This document shows, one piece after another, positions 38,884 through 47,042 of a DNA stretch of 64,000 nt. The first letter of the stretch is position 1. Each line of letters opens with the position of its first letter. The notes beneath the pieces were generated by a model. The model had not been told where the DNA came from, did no database searches, and worked only from the letters and a program-made list of their open reading frames with translations. The position numbers were made by a program, and so were the translations under genes. The DNA comes from Pseudomonadota bacterium. GTDB lineage: Bacteria > Pseudomonadota > Gammaproteobacteria > Steroidobacterales > Woeseiaceae. The stretch spans positions 1,552-65,551 of the forward strand of contig JBCAZE010000003.1 in NCBI GenBank assembly GCA_039700805.1, in the 5' to 3' direction.

Positions 38884-39960
38884 TCAGACTGTTTGTCCGA
38901 TCATGGACTGAATAATGAAATAGTGATCCTCGAACATCCGTTGCGGATCCAGTGCAGCTAGCGGCACCCAAAATGCACGGCGTGCATCATCCCCGCCCTG
39001 GACTTTGGGCAAGCTGGGTTCGGCGCGCAGCTGAATGTGAAAGGCATGTGTCACCGTGCGACCTCGCGCCGAGCGATGCGGATCATCGAACACCGATTGA
39101 TTGACAATCGAGCCGGCGAGCACAGGCGCAGGCACCTTGATACGGGTTTCTTCTTTGAGCTCACGGAGCATCGATTCGACGATCGACTCATCAGAAGACA
39201 AAAACCCGCCCGGCAGCGCCCACTGGCCTTTTCCGGGTCTTGCGCGTCGCTCGACTAAGAGGATATGCCCGGATTGCACAACCAATGCGTCCACCGTCAC
39301 GAACATCGGCTCATAGGGCGCAGCGTTCCACTGCGCCCGATACTTGGTGACGAAGTCGAATTCATCGCGAAGCTCTGCAAACGCATCACTGCGGGTGTAG
39401 CTGTCGAGAAACGCGAGCACCTCTGGTGGTACGGTGTCTGCCACATTGGCAGCGACAGAGACTCGCGCGTCTTCCCATTCGCCTTTGTCCGATTGAAAAA
39501 TCGCCTGGCGAACCTCGGTCGCAGACACGTCGGCTAAGCCGGGGACATCAACCGAGGACCAATTCGGGAACAGTGATAGGTAGTATGAGGAATGGTCCTT
39601 TGCGTGGCCGATCAAACCGATTTTCGGATCACGGTGCGGCTGTGTGTGTCTCGCAGCCACAATCCCCTGCACACTTTTTTGTACATTGGCGAGCCATAGG
39701 TCATCGTTGTATGTCGCATCCATGATTGGCGCGATGAAGACCCGTGCATTGTCCTCATCGCCGAGCGTGGCACGAATCATGCGCTCGCGCTCATCGAACG
39801 ACCAAGGATTGCGAACACACGGCGGCCGGTGAGACGAGCCAACAAGTAGGATTACATTGGCGGATTCTTGCAGCGCTCGAGCGACGACACGTGCATGACC
39901 GTTATGGAAAGGCTGAAAACGGCCGATGAAGACCAGGAAGTCATATTGCTTTGTAGACAC
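38884..39960 (-). CDS. nadM: Bifunctional NMN adenylyltransferase / Nudix ADP-ribose pyrophosphatase
   Basis: FIGRFQPFHNGH nucleotidyltransferase motif. C-terminal Nudix box GGFLSSDESIVESMLRELKEETRI. Confidence 0.9.
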   Translation of the reverse strand: MSTKQYDFLVFIGRFQPFHNGHARVVARALQESANVILLVGSSHRPPCVRNPWSFDERERMIRATLGDEDNARVFIAPIMDATYNDDLWLANVQKSVQGIVAARHTQPHRDPKIGLIGHAKDHSSYYLSLFPNWSSVDVPGLADVSATEVRQAIFQSDKGEWEDARVSVAANVADTVPPEVLAFLDSYTRSDAFAELRDEFDFVTKYRAQWNAAPYEPMFVTVDALVVQSGHILLVERRARPGKGQWALPGGFLSSDESIVESMLRELKEETRIKVPAPVLAGSIVNQSVFDDPHRSARGRTVTHAFHIQLRAEPSLPKVQGGDDARRAFWVPLAALDPQRMFEDHYFIIQSMIGQTV

Positions 39961-40007
39961 AGTAAACTCCTTACTGCGAGGCGCGGTGGGATCTGTTACC
40001 GTTGCGC

Positions 40008-40032
40008 TAGTGGTGTATAATTTACACTACTA
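40008..40032. promoter_or_regulatory. Candidate NrtR operator in the nadM/nrtR divergent intergenic region
   Basis: Imperfect palindrome TAGTgGTGTAtaatTTACACtACTA (arms GTGTA/TACAC and TAGT/ACTA), located between the two divergent starts. Confidence 0.45.
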
Positions 40033-40040
40033 AAATATTT

Positions 40041-40703
40041 TTGCAAGATCCGAGAAGCCAATTGGTTGAATATCCCTTTCCAAGACCCGCTGTCACCGTT
40101 GATACGATTGTGTTTCGCGTGACGGACGCCGTGCTCGAGGTATTGCTGATTCGGCGAGACGCCTCACCTTTCGCTGGCAGTTGGGCACTACCTGGTGGCT
40201 TCGTGCATGAGGATGAACCGCTCGAGGCCACAGCGGCGCGGGTTCTCGGCGAGAAGGCCGGCGTTACGACCTATCATCTTGAACAACTCGGCACATTCGG
40301 TGCACCCGATCGGGATCCACGAGATCGTGTCATCAGTGTCGCTTATTTCGCCATCATCAATGGTGATCCTGCGGTGGACAAGAACGCGGAGTGGTTCTCT
40401 GTCGACGACGTTCCGCCCACTGCCTTTGACCATGACCATATTATCGCCACGGCAATACAGCGTCTTCGCAGCAAATTGACGTACACCCGCATCGGCTTCG
40501 CGTTTGTGCCCGATGTATTCACGCTGCCACAACTGCAAAGGACATGGGAGGCCGTGCTTAAAGCGCCGCTTGATAAACGTAATTTCAGAAAAATGGTCAT
40601 GGCGGACGGTCAAGTGATCGCCACCGGAGAAAAAACCCGTGGTGGCGCTCACCCGCCCGCGATGCTCTATCGGACGATACAACCGATCCGCGAAACCCAG
40701 TAG
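40041..40703 (+). CDS. nrtR: Nudix-related transcriptional regulator NrtR
   Basis: Degenerate Nudix box LPGGFVHEDEPLEATAARVLGEKAGV. C-terminal winged-helix motif FTLPQLQRTWEAVLKAPLDKRNFRKMV. TTG start is uncertain (alternative TTG at 40062). Confidence 0.85.
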   Translation: MQDPRSQLVEYPFPRPAVTVDTIVFRVTDAVLEVLLIRRDASPFAGSWALPGGFVHEDEPLEATAARVLGEKAGVTTYHLEQLGTFGAPDRDPRDRVISVAYFAIINGDPAVDKNAEWFSVDDVPPTAFDHDHIIATAIQRLRSKLTYTRIGFAFVPDVFTLPQLQRTWEAVLKAPLDKRNFRKMVMADGQVIATGEKTRGGAHPPAMLYRTIQPIRETQ

Positions 40704-40707
40704 TCGC

Positions 40708-41370
40708 TTAGAACCGGTACCCGAAACCAACACTCAGTGTCAGCGGATCATAATCACTGGTTACCGTGCGCGAGGTGTCATCGGGAAACTCGAGCTCAAC
40801 ATCAGACGCCACGAGATAGCGTAGACCCGCATCGGCGAACCAGCGCTCACCGAACAGATAACGAACGCCCGCCTGCAGTTGCACGGCAATATCGTCAGTT
40901 TCGAAAGACGTTTCGATGCCGGCATCTTCAAAATCAACATCGATTTCCTGGATGAACGCCAAACCGGCGCCAACGTATGGACTGAGATTGGGGTTCGCTG
41001 GCAGCTCGAAGTCGTAGAGCACACTCGCCGCAATCGACAGGGAGGCGAAGTCACCTTCGGCGAAAGTGCCAAGCCCATCCAAAGTGACGGAACCATCCTG
41101 CTCATTACGACGGTACATCAGCTCAGCTTCCGCTCGCCAATTCGGGCCAAAGTCGTAGCCTATGGTGCCACCCGCTGCAAAAGCCGCATCGAACTGGCGG
41201 TCCGTACTCGATGTCACTGCCTCATCACGATACGTCGCAGATTGGTCACCAAGCAGGTTAAGGCCCGCGACAGCACTGGCGTAAAACCCCGTGTCATCTG
41301 CCTGTACAGAGGGTATCGATAGCGGTAGCGCAGCAACTAAAGCGAGCGAAAAGGTCGTTTTGGATCTCAT
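40708..41370 (-). CDS. Outer-membrane beta-barrel protein (OmpA-like/OmpW-like small barrel)
   Basis: Signal peptide MRSKTTFSLALVAALPLSIPSVQA. Alternating beta-strand pattern. C-terminal LSVGFGYRF. ATG 41370 with GGAG upstream. The longer track ORF to 42099 is rejected. Confidence 0.75.
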   Translation of the reverse strand: MRSKTTFSLALVAALPLSIPSVQADDTGFYASAVAGLNLLGDQSATYRDEAVTSSTDRQFDAAFAAGGTIGYDFGPNWRAEAELMYRRNEQDGSVTLDGLGTFAEGDFASLSIAASVLYDFELPANPNLSPYVGAGLAFIQEIDVDFEDAGIETSFETDDIAVQLQAGVRYLFGERWFADAGLRYLVASDVELEFPDDTSRTVTSDYDPLTLSVGFGYRF

Positions 41371-41563
41371 GAGGGTACTCCTAACCGGATAACTAAAAAA
41401 TGAACGAACAACGCGGATTTCGGCGATTTTCCAGCCCTGGATCTCGATTTTCGGCGCTTTTGTACGAACGGTACCGTTGATGAACGAACGGTCACCGCCA
41501 GCCATTGCCGGCACCGATGGTCGGGAGCGCAATGATCGGTGCTGCGACTTGTATAATCCCGCT

Positions 41564-42391
41564 ATGCCCGAACTCGCCGAACCATCGCGCCGATTTTTGC
41601 TCCGATTAGTGTTGTCCTGGGCTGGACTCTCGTTGCTCTTCGCCGCCCTCGCGCCTGCTAGCTCCGCACCGTTGAGCGGCTTAATGCGACTCGTGTTCTG
41701 GTCGCTGCATATCGGATTCGGACTCGCTTGTGCGACCGGCGCAGCGATCCTGTTTGTTCGAAACACAGCGCTGCCACGAGACTGGCGTTTGATCAGCCTG
41801 TCGGCTCTCGGGGGTGTCGTCCTGTTCGCGCCCGCAGCGGTCATGCTTGAGTCGCTGTTTCCAGCGATATCGGCACAGCCGCCAGATGATCCGTTCGATG
41901 TCTGGGCGGCCAAAAGCCTCTTCCGAACCGTCGTAGCGGAGGCATTGGCCGTAGCGCCGTCCTTCATACCCGCATGGATGTTGATCAATCTCGATGCGCT
42001 GGTGGGTTCGCCGTCAACCAAAAGTACGACCGATGAATCACAGCAAGAGCGATCTATCACGCTGCCATTTGCGTTGCCGAGTGCGGTCGGTGACAACATT
42101 GTCGCGATCAGTTCTGATTTGCATTACCTACACGTCTACACCACCAAGGGTAAGGCGATGGTACTCGGCTCGCTTAGTCAGGCGATGGACGCATTAGGCG
42201 ACGAGGGTATTCAGATTCATCGCAGTCACTGGATAGCGACCGCGCACGTCAAGCGACTCAAGAAGACGACCAAGACGTGGCAGGTGGAGATGAGCAATCA
42301 AATGTTGTTTGACATTAGTCGTAGAAAAAGAAGCTGGGTCGTCGAGCAACTCGGCACCGACTTTGAAGTATTTGCAAACCCACAGGTTTGA
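41564..42391 (+). CDS. Membrane protein with C-terminal LytTR DNA-binding domain
   Basis: Four to five TM segments, then a LytTR-like IVAISSDLHYLHVYTTKGKAMVLGSLSQAMDAL...IQIHRSHWIA. Start is uncertain (41477 or 41564). Confidence 0.7.
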   Translation: MPELAEPSRRFLLRLVLSWAGLSLLFAALAPASSAPLSGLMRLVFWSLHIGFGLACATGAAILFVRNTALPRDWRLISLSALGGVVLFAPAAVMLESLFPAISAQPPDDPFDVWAAKSLFRTVVAEALAVAPSFIPAWMLINLDALVGSPSTKSTTDESQQERSITLPFALPSAVGDNIVAISSDLHYLHVYTTKGKAMVLGSLSQAMDALGDEGIQIHRSHWIATAHVKRLKKTTKTWQVEMSNQMLFDISRRKRSWVVEQLGTDFEVFANPQV

Positions 42392-42415
42392 GAGACTGCC
42401 ACACCTTACACGTTC

Positions 42416-42445
42416 AAAAAAAAAGGGCACCTAATCGGTGCCCTT
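42416..42445 (-). terminator. Rho-independent terminator (strong on the minus strand)
   Basis: A9-GGGCACC-taatc-GGTGCCC. The minus strand reads the hairpin followed by nine T. The stop codon of the small minus-strand ORF lies in the loop. Confidence 0.7.
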
Positions 42446-42757
42446 GATGTTGGCTACTGGATATAGCCGGTTTGCAATACGCGCGATACCTTCGGTTTCC
42501 AGTACACGCAGCACTTCATCGAGATTCTTGTAGACGTGTCCACATTCATCCAACGGTGTGCGGCGTGTGTTGCCGACAATCCCTTTCACCTCGACACCGC
42601 CGAGCGTTCGGGTAATCGTCCGCATTTCATCGTCGATCTCATCATGGATGTCAGCGAGCTCCTGCTTCTCTCAGCTGCGCACGAAGCTCAGCGGGTTTCA
42701 TCTGCGCCTGCTCCCGGGCGGAACGAATGCGCGATGCGATGTTGGAGGGCTCTGCCA
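42431..42757 (-). pseudogene. Small gene apparently split by a frameshift (37-codon 5' ORF plus 64-codon 3' ORF); function unknown
   Basis: ATG 42757 opens MAEPSNIASRIRSAREQAQMKPAELRAQLREAGAR*. Another frame is open from just after a TGA: EKQELADIHDEIDDE-MRTITRTLGGVEVKG...NIKGTD*. The two frames overlap by about 17 nt. Confidence 0.35.
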
Positions 42758-42986
42758 TGAGAAACCTAGCGACTTTGGTGTGCGTGACTATACCATTCAC
42801 GACGGTGATGTTTACCGTCACTGCAGTCGTTTGAGAAAAGGCGAATCACAGCCGACACAAGCTTGTAAGAACGCTTGCTAACACTGCATACATCGTCAGT
42901 GGCGTGTCACGTACAACTGTCGGCGTCTCCATGGTTCGTCTGATCACCGATAACACCCCGTATCGCAACGATGGGATAAATTTGCC

Positions 42987-43724
42987 ATGCATGGCAGTCT
43001 CATATCGCACACGTGCCGATGCAGGGATGACACTGACATGCGTAGACAGGCCGCTTTGAAAATGGAATATAGGGGCGAGCACGAAGCAAAGACTCGGCTG
43101 GTTACCATCATTCCAACGAGACTGTACCGAGACAGTGTCGACAGCGCGCTACGCGACAATAACGCGATTGAGCTCGCCGCAAGCTATTCCGACTGGCAGA
43201 CAGCAGTAACCGTGTTGGATTCACTCAGACCCGACATTCTTGTGACAGATATTCCAACGAGCGATTCGCTGTTGTTGTTGGAGCATCTTCAAGCGAAAGA
43301 CTGTCGTCCACGCGTTCTTTGTTTGTCCGCGCCAACGAACCTTGACGAAATTCTTGCTTTAACAGCGGCGGGGGTTTCTGGTTTTGCGTCTGCCAATGGT
43401 CGATTCGACGACCTAATTTTCTCTATCGATAGTGTCGCGAATGGAAAGTTTGCTTGCGATGGCACTGTTGCAACTGCGCTTGCACAGCATGTCGCACGCG
43501 ACGCAAGTTTAGATACCGCCAGCACACCCATCACACTGACGGCACGAGAACAGCAGGTTGTCCGGTGTATTGCACTGGGTCACGCGAACAAGACCATCGC
43601 GCATCAATTGTGCATCAGCGTCTCTACCGTCAAACATCATGTGCACAACTCACTTGAGAAACTCGGCGCGAGGAATCGTACAGAAGCTGCTGTCATCGCG
43701 AGAAACCTCGGCTTCGCAGACTAG
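42987..43724 (+). CDS. LuxR/FixJ-type regulator with degenerate receiver domain
   Basis: C-terminal HTH: LTAREQQVVRCIALGHANKTIAHQLCISVSTVKHHVHNSLEKLGARNRTEAA. The N-terminal REC-like fold lacks the acidic DD pocket (VTIIPTRLYRDS). Start is uncertain (42987, 43038 or 43062). Confidence 0.8.
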   Translation: MHGSLISHTCRCRDDTDMRRQAALKMEYRGEHEAKTRLVTIIPTRLYRDSVDSALRDNNAIELAASYSDWQTAVTVLDSLRPDILVTDIPTSDSLLLLEHLQAKDCRPRVLCLSAPTNLDEILALTAAGVSGFASANGRFDDLIFSIDSVANGKFACDGTVATALAQHVARDASLDTASTPITLTAREQQVVRCIALGHANKTIAHQLCISVSTVKHHVHNSLEKLGARNRTEAAVIARNLGFAD

Positions 43725-43860
43725 TCCGATCGATCTAGATCCACCGATCGACCATCACCGACCTTGCGGTTAGCGGCCTATAGGTCTCGCTCTCGACCTT
43801 TGATCGATACCGTCCTTTTCAAGCGGGGAGCAAACTGCTCTCAACGAAAAGGAGAACGTG

Positions 43861-44220
43861 ATGACGAAGATTCGCGTGCACATTTCCGGCCTTCCGGCCC
43901 TGATAACACAAAACCTCGAAGATGCGATTTCGAATGCGAGCGACATGCTATTGCTCTCGCCCGAGCGTGCTGTACGAGATCGAGAGATCGACGTGTTAAT
44001 CACCGCCGAGCAAGAACATGACAAAAGAGCTTTTGCGGATGTGATGTCAAAACCGAATCGTGGGCTGATTGTTCTGCCAGCCGATGCATTGCATATGACA
44101 CGGTATCAACTTCAGCTGGTTAGCTCCGAAATTCGAGAGCCAAGCACTGACGACATTCTAAGCACGATTCGTCACATGTATCAGCAATCAAACCAACCAC
44201 TCGGCAACACCGGAGCGTAG
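43861..44220 (+). CDS. Hypothetical 119-aa protein, receiver-like (beta-alpha)5 pattern without acidic pocket
   Basis: GGAGA lies 5 nt upstream of ATG 43861. Alternating hydrophobic strand / amphipathic helix pattern: KIRVHISG, DMLLL, DVLIT, GLIVLP, LQLVS. Confidence 0.65.
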   Translation: MTKIRVHISGLPALITQNLEDAISNASDMLLLSPERAVRDREIDVLITAEQEHDKRAFADVMSKPNRGLIVLPADALHMTRYQLQLVSSEIREPSTDDILSTIRHMYQQSNQPLGNTGA

Positions 44221-44224
44221 TCGC

Positions 44225-45037
44225 ATGAGTATGATCCCAACACACATCAAGCACACCCGATTCCCGGCAGTCAGACTAGCAATGACGGATGCTGGCGCGA
44301 GCCTCACTGACGAAGCCCTTTCCGTGCACCTCAACGAGCTCTTTCCAGAGTCCAATCCTGAGGAGGTGGAGAACCTCATGCGGTCGCTCAGCAAGTTTGG
44401 TAAGAGCCTTGCACCCGTCGTTCGGCAAGTAGGCCCGCTACTCCAACGCGCTGCCCCAGGTGCCATTCAAGGGGCAATGACCGGCATGGTCGCAGGCCCG
44501 AAGGGTGCATTGGTTGGCGCAGGAATCGGCGCGGTCACATCGCTGTTGGCGCAGCCATCGGCAAACCCAGCGGCCTCACGAGCACCGCAACAGGTAGCAC
44601 CACCGCCAACACCTGTCCCGCAACAGCCGCTACCAGCGCGACAATCTTCACCGCCGATGCCTTATACAACGATGCCGGCACCGGCCGCGATGAATGCGAA
44701 TGGTCGCGCTGCTGTTACTCAGTTACTCGCGCTGCTTTCACGGCCGGAAACAATGCAAGCGTTGTCCGCCTTACTGATGGGTGCATCGGGCCGTCAACAA
44801 GTTCGCGTTGGCGCAAGGCAAGCACCCGTCGCGGCATTTGCGAACGCCATTTCGGAATATGCCGCAGAGATTGTTGAGCAAGCTGATCCGGTTGATCTCA
44901 TTGATGACGAAACGCTAACAGCGCTGACCGAGTCAGGTGTCGATGTTGCCAGCCCCTCGAGCCGGGCCGATGCACTGCTGACGGAACTGCTCGACGGTGC
45001 TTTGATCAACCACGGTCTCCCATCAAATACGCACTAA
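44225..45037 (+). CDS. Hypothetical 270-aa protein with glycine-zipper segment and Pro/Ala/Gln-rich linker
   Basis: Lies 4 nt after the previous stop. GAIQGAMTGMVAGPKGALVGAGIGAVTSLLA (aa 78-109), then PQQVAPPPTPVPQQPLPARQSSPPMPYTTMPAP. Confidence 0.65.
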   Translation: MSMIPTHIKHTRFPAVRLAMTDAGASLTDEALSVHLNELFPESNPEEVENLMRSLSKFGKSLAPVVRQVGPLLQRAAPGAIQGAMTGMVAGPKGALVGAGIGAVTSLLAQPSANPAASRAPQQVAPPPTPVPQQPLPARQSSPPMPYTTMPAPAAMNANGRAAVTQLLALLSRPETMQALSALLMGASGRQQVRVGARQAPVAAFANAISEYAAEIVEQADPVDLIDDETLTALTESGVDVASPSSRADALLTELLDGALINHGLPSNTH

Positions 45038-45050
45038 AGAAGGAACACTC

Positions 45051-45536
45051 ATGCAAACCCAGAACACCAATGAGGCCAATGTCGCCAACGAGAACCTGAT
45101 GCAACAAGTGCTAGCCGCTGTGCAACAGAACCCGCAGCTCGCAACACTGGTCGGCAATTTCGCGGCCCAGTATCTGGAACCAGGAGTCACCCGAAATTTG
45201 GCCGATATTTTTGGTGCAGCGGATCAATCGGACCGGACAACGGTCGATGCAGAGTTCTACGACGACTTCGATAGCCGAGAGCCCATCGAAGAAGAACTGG
45301 ATTCGCACGGGGTGCCGTCAACGGAGACAGAGGCGCTGGATATTTTCATGGAGGCTTTTGGTCTTTGCCCGACTTGTCTGACGGAGGCGCATTGCCGGAA
45401 TTGTGAGAATGGCGAACTTCCACCAGAGCCTAACGAACCACTGCTGTTGGAACTGCTGCTACCGGTGCTTCCAAAGCTAACGCTGCCTAGTCGCCGACGG
45501 ATTTTCTCTGCGCTAAAAGGCCGCCCTCAGATTTAG
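45051..45536 (+). CDS. Hypothetical 161-aa acidic protein with CxxC-x5-CxxC motif
   Basis: GAAGGA SD sequence upstream. C106-P-T-C109 ... C115-R-N-C118. Confidence 0.65.
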   Translation: MQTQNTNEANVANENLMQQVLAAVQQNPQLATLVGNFAAQYLEPGVTRNLADIFGAADQSDRTTVDAEFYDDFDSREPIEEELDSHGVPSTETEALDIFMEAFGLCPTCLTEAHCRNCENGELPPEPNEPLLLELLLPVLPKLTLPSRRRIFSALKGRPQI

Positions 45537-45592
45537 ATCATCACTTTCGATGACAACCAAGAGCACACAGCTCAAACCATAAGGAGAACCCC

Positions 45593-46363
45593 ATGGACGA
45601 CTTTGACCATGACTTTGAGTCCGATGATATCGAGATGGAAGAAGGCATCAGCGACTATGTCGATGATGGCGATGACGACTTGGAATACGAGCCCTATGAA
45701 ATGACGGGCGATGATGATTTAGAAGACCCCGAAGAGAGCATCGACATCGACGACACTCTGTATTCAATGATGGACGAGAGTACTGGCGAAAACGGCGAGT
45801 ATCCGGAGCTCGTTGGCTACGGTATCGCAAAACTAATCGAACGGCGCAAAAAGAAGAAGCGTGCTGAAAAGCGGCGACGTGAATTGATGAAACGCCAAGT
45901 GAAACGCGCCAAAACAGCAAGCAAAGTGCGCAAAGGCACATTGTCTGCGATCAACCGTCAACTAAAAGCTAACTCACGCGGCATTCGCACGAACACCAAC
46001 AGTCTTCGTCGTGTTAACAAGTCCCTGATTAGTACTAGTCGGCGCGTCAGCGGTTTGTCGTCGAGTGTTTCGAAAGCGCACGCCGTAAATCGAGTGCAGT
46101 CTAAGCGTCTTGCGAAGAACACCAAGATCTTGAAAATCGACGGTGCCTTGGATCTTGCCCGTGGCGTAACGTTGACGCGTACTGACAACGGCATCGATGT
46201 CGATGTCGATTTCACGTCGTTGATTCAAGGTGCTGTTAAAAACGAGTGGATCGGTAAGGGCAAGGGCTTCATCAGCAGTCCCACTGGACTGGGTGCGCTC
46301 GGGTTCCTCGCACAAAACTACCAAGCCATTCTTCCGGCGGGTCGCAATATCCACCTGAAGTAA
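45593..46363 (+). CDS. Hypothetical 256-aa protein: hyper-acidic N-terminus followed by a poly-basic segment
   Basis: AAGGAGA SD sequence upstream. Residues 1-75 are dominated by D/E. Residues 84-114 read RRKKKKRAEKRRRELMKRQVKRAKTASKVRK. Confidence 0.7.
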   Translation: MDDFDHDFESDDIEMEEGISDYVDDGDDDLEYEPYEMTGDDDLEDPEESIDIDDTLYSMMDESTGENGEYPELVGYGIAKLIERRKKKKRAEKRRRELMKRQVKRAKTASKVRKGTLSAINRQLKANSRGIRTNTNSLRRVNKSLISTSRRVSGLSSSVSKAHAVNRVQSKRLAKNTKILKIDGALDLARGVTLTRTDNGIDVDVDFTSLIQGAVKNEWIGKGKGFISSPTGLGALGFLAQNYQAILPAGRNIHLK

Positions 46364-46390
46364 CAAGGTCACCAGGCAAGGAGTTTTGAG

Positions 46391-47029
46391 ATGAAGATTC
46401 ATATCCCTACCACAGCCGCGTCCACGGCCGCCCCTGTTACAGGGGCGGTGCGTCAACCAAATCGAAAGGTCCGACTATTCTCATTTGGTGGGACAGGTAA
46501 CGCAGCCGCAAAACCTACCGCCAATACAGAAGATTCGAACTTGGCGTTGGTATGTTTTGCCGTTGCTGCTGCAGAGGATCCGAAGGAAGCGGAGAAACAA
46601 GACAAGCAGTTCCGCAATGACTCTGGCAAGTTTTTCAGCAGCGCGAAGTTCGATGAGCAGGAGGTCGGAGATTTCCTCGACCACCTAGCGCTCATCGAAC
46701 AAAGAGCAGACGTTGATATCACGCCGGATGCATTCGAAACCCGCATCGCGAACACACTATCTGTGTCACCGATGCTGGTCGCTGCAGCACGGCGACGTCT
46801 TGCGAAGATGTCAGACTCTGAACGAGGCAAGATGGTCAAAAGTCTTGTCAGCTTCGCATGCAGCATGACGGATGAAGAACAGGCGCGAAAAGTGATCCTG
46901 TACGGCTTTAATCGCGACAGGCTGGAACTCGCCAATCGCACACCCAAAGCCGAGCGAACGCTGGACGAGCGGGTTCGCGATAACGCGGATCGAATCGAGA
47001 TGCTAGAAAATAGCGTCGCGTCGCCCTGA
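46391..47029 (+). CDS. Hypothetical 212-aa protein
   Basis: AAGGAG SD sequence upstream. Tight spacing within the operon. No family recognised. Confidence 0.65.
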   Translation: MKIHIPTTAASTAAPVTGAVRQPNRKVRLFSFGGTGNAAAKPTANTEDSNLALVCFAVAAAEDPKEAEKQDKQFRNDSGKFFSSAKFDEQEVGDFLDHLALIEQRADVDITPDAFETRIANTLSVSPMLVAAARRRLAKMSDSERGKMVKSLVSFACSMTDEEQARKVILYGFNRDRLELANRTPKAERTLDERVRDNADRIEMLENSVASP

Positions 47030-47042
47030 CGGCTGGCAAACC

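Noticed and set aside
37441-40703. A NAMPT + NadM-Nudix pair could be a phage-type NAD-reconstitution or counter-defence module
   Set aside because: The genes sit with a divergent NrtR repressor and a palindromic operator in ordinary chromosomal context. This is the established bacterial nadV/nadM salvage regulon. No phage genes are nearby.
41371-42099. N-terminal 242 codons of the 463-aa minus-strand ORF 40708-42099
   Set aside because: This part is S/R/A/G-rich and low-complexity, and it lies antisense to the LytTR membrane-protein gene. A clean signal peptide with GGAG + ATG at 41370 defines the real beta-barrel gene.
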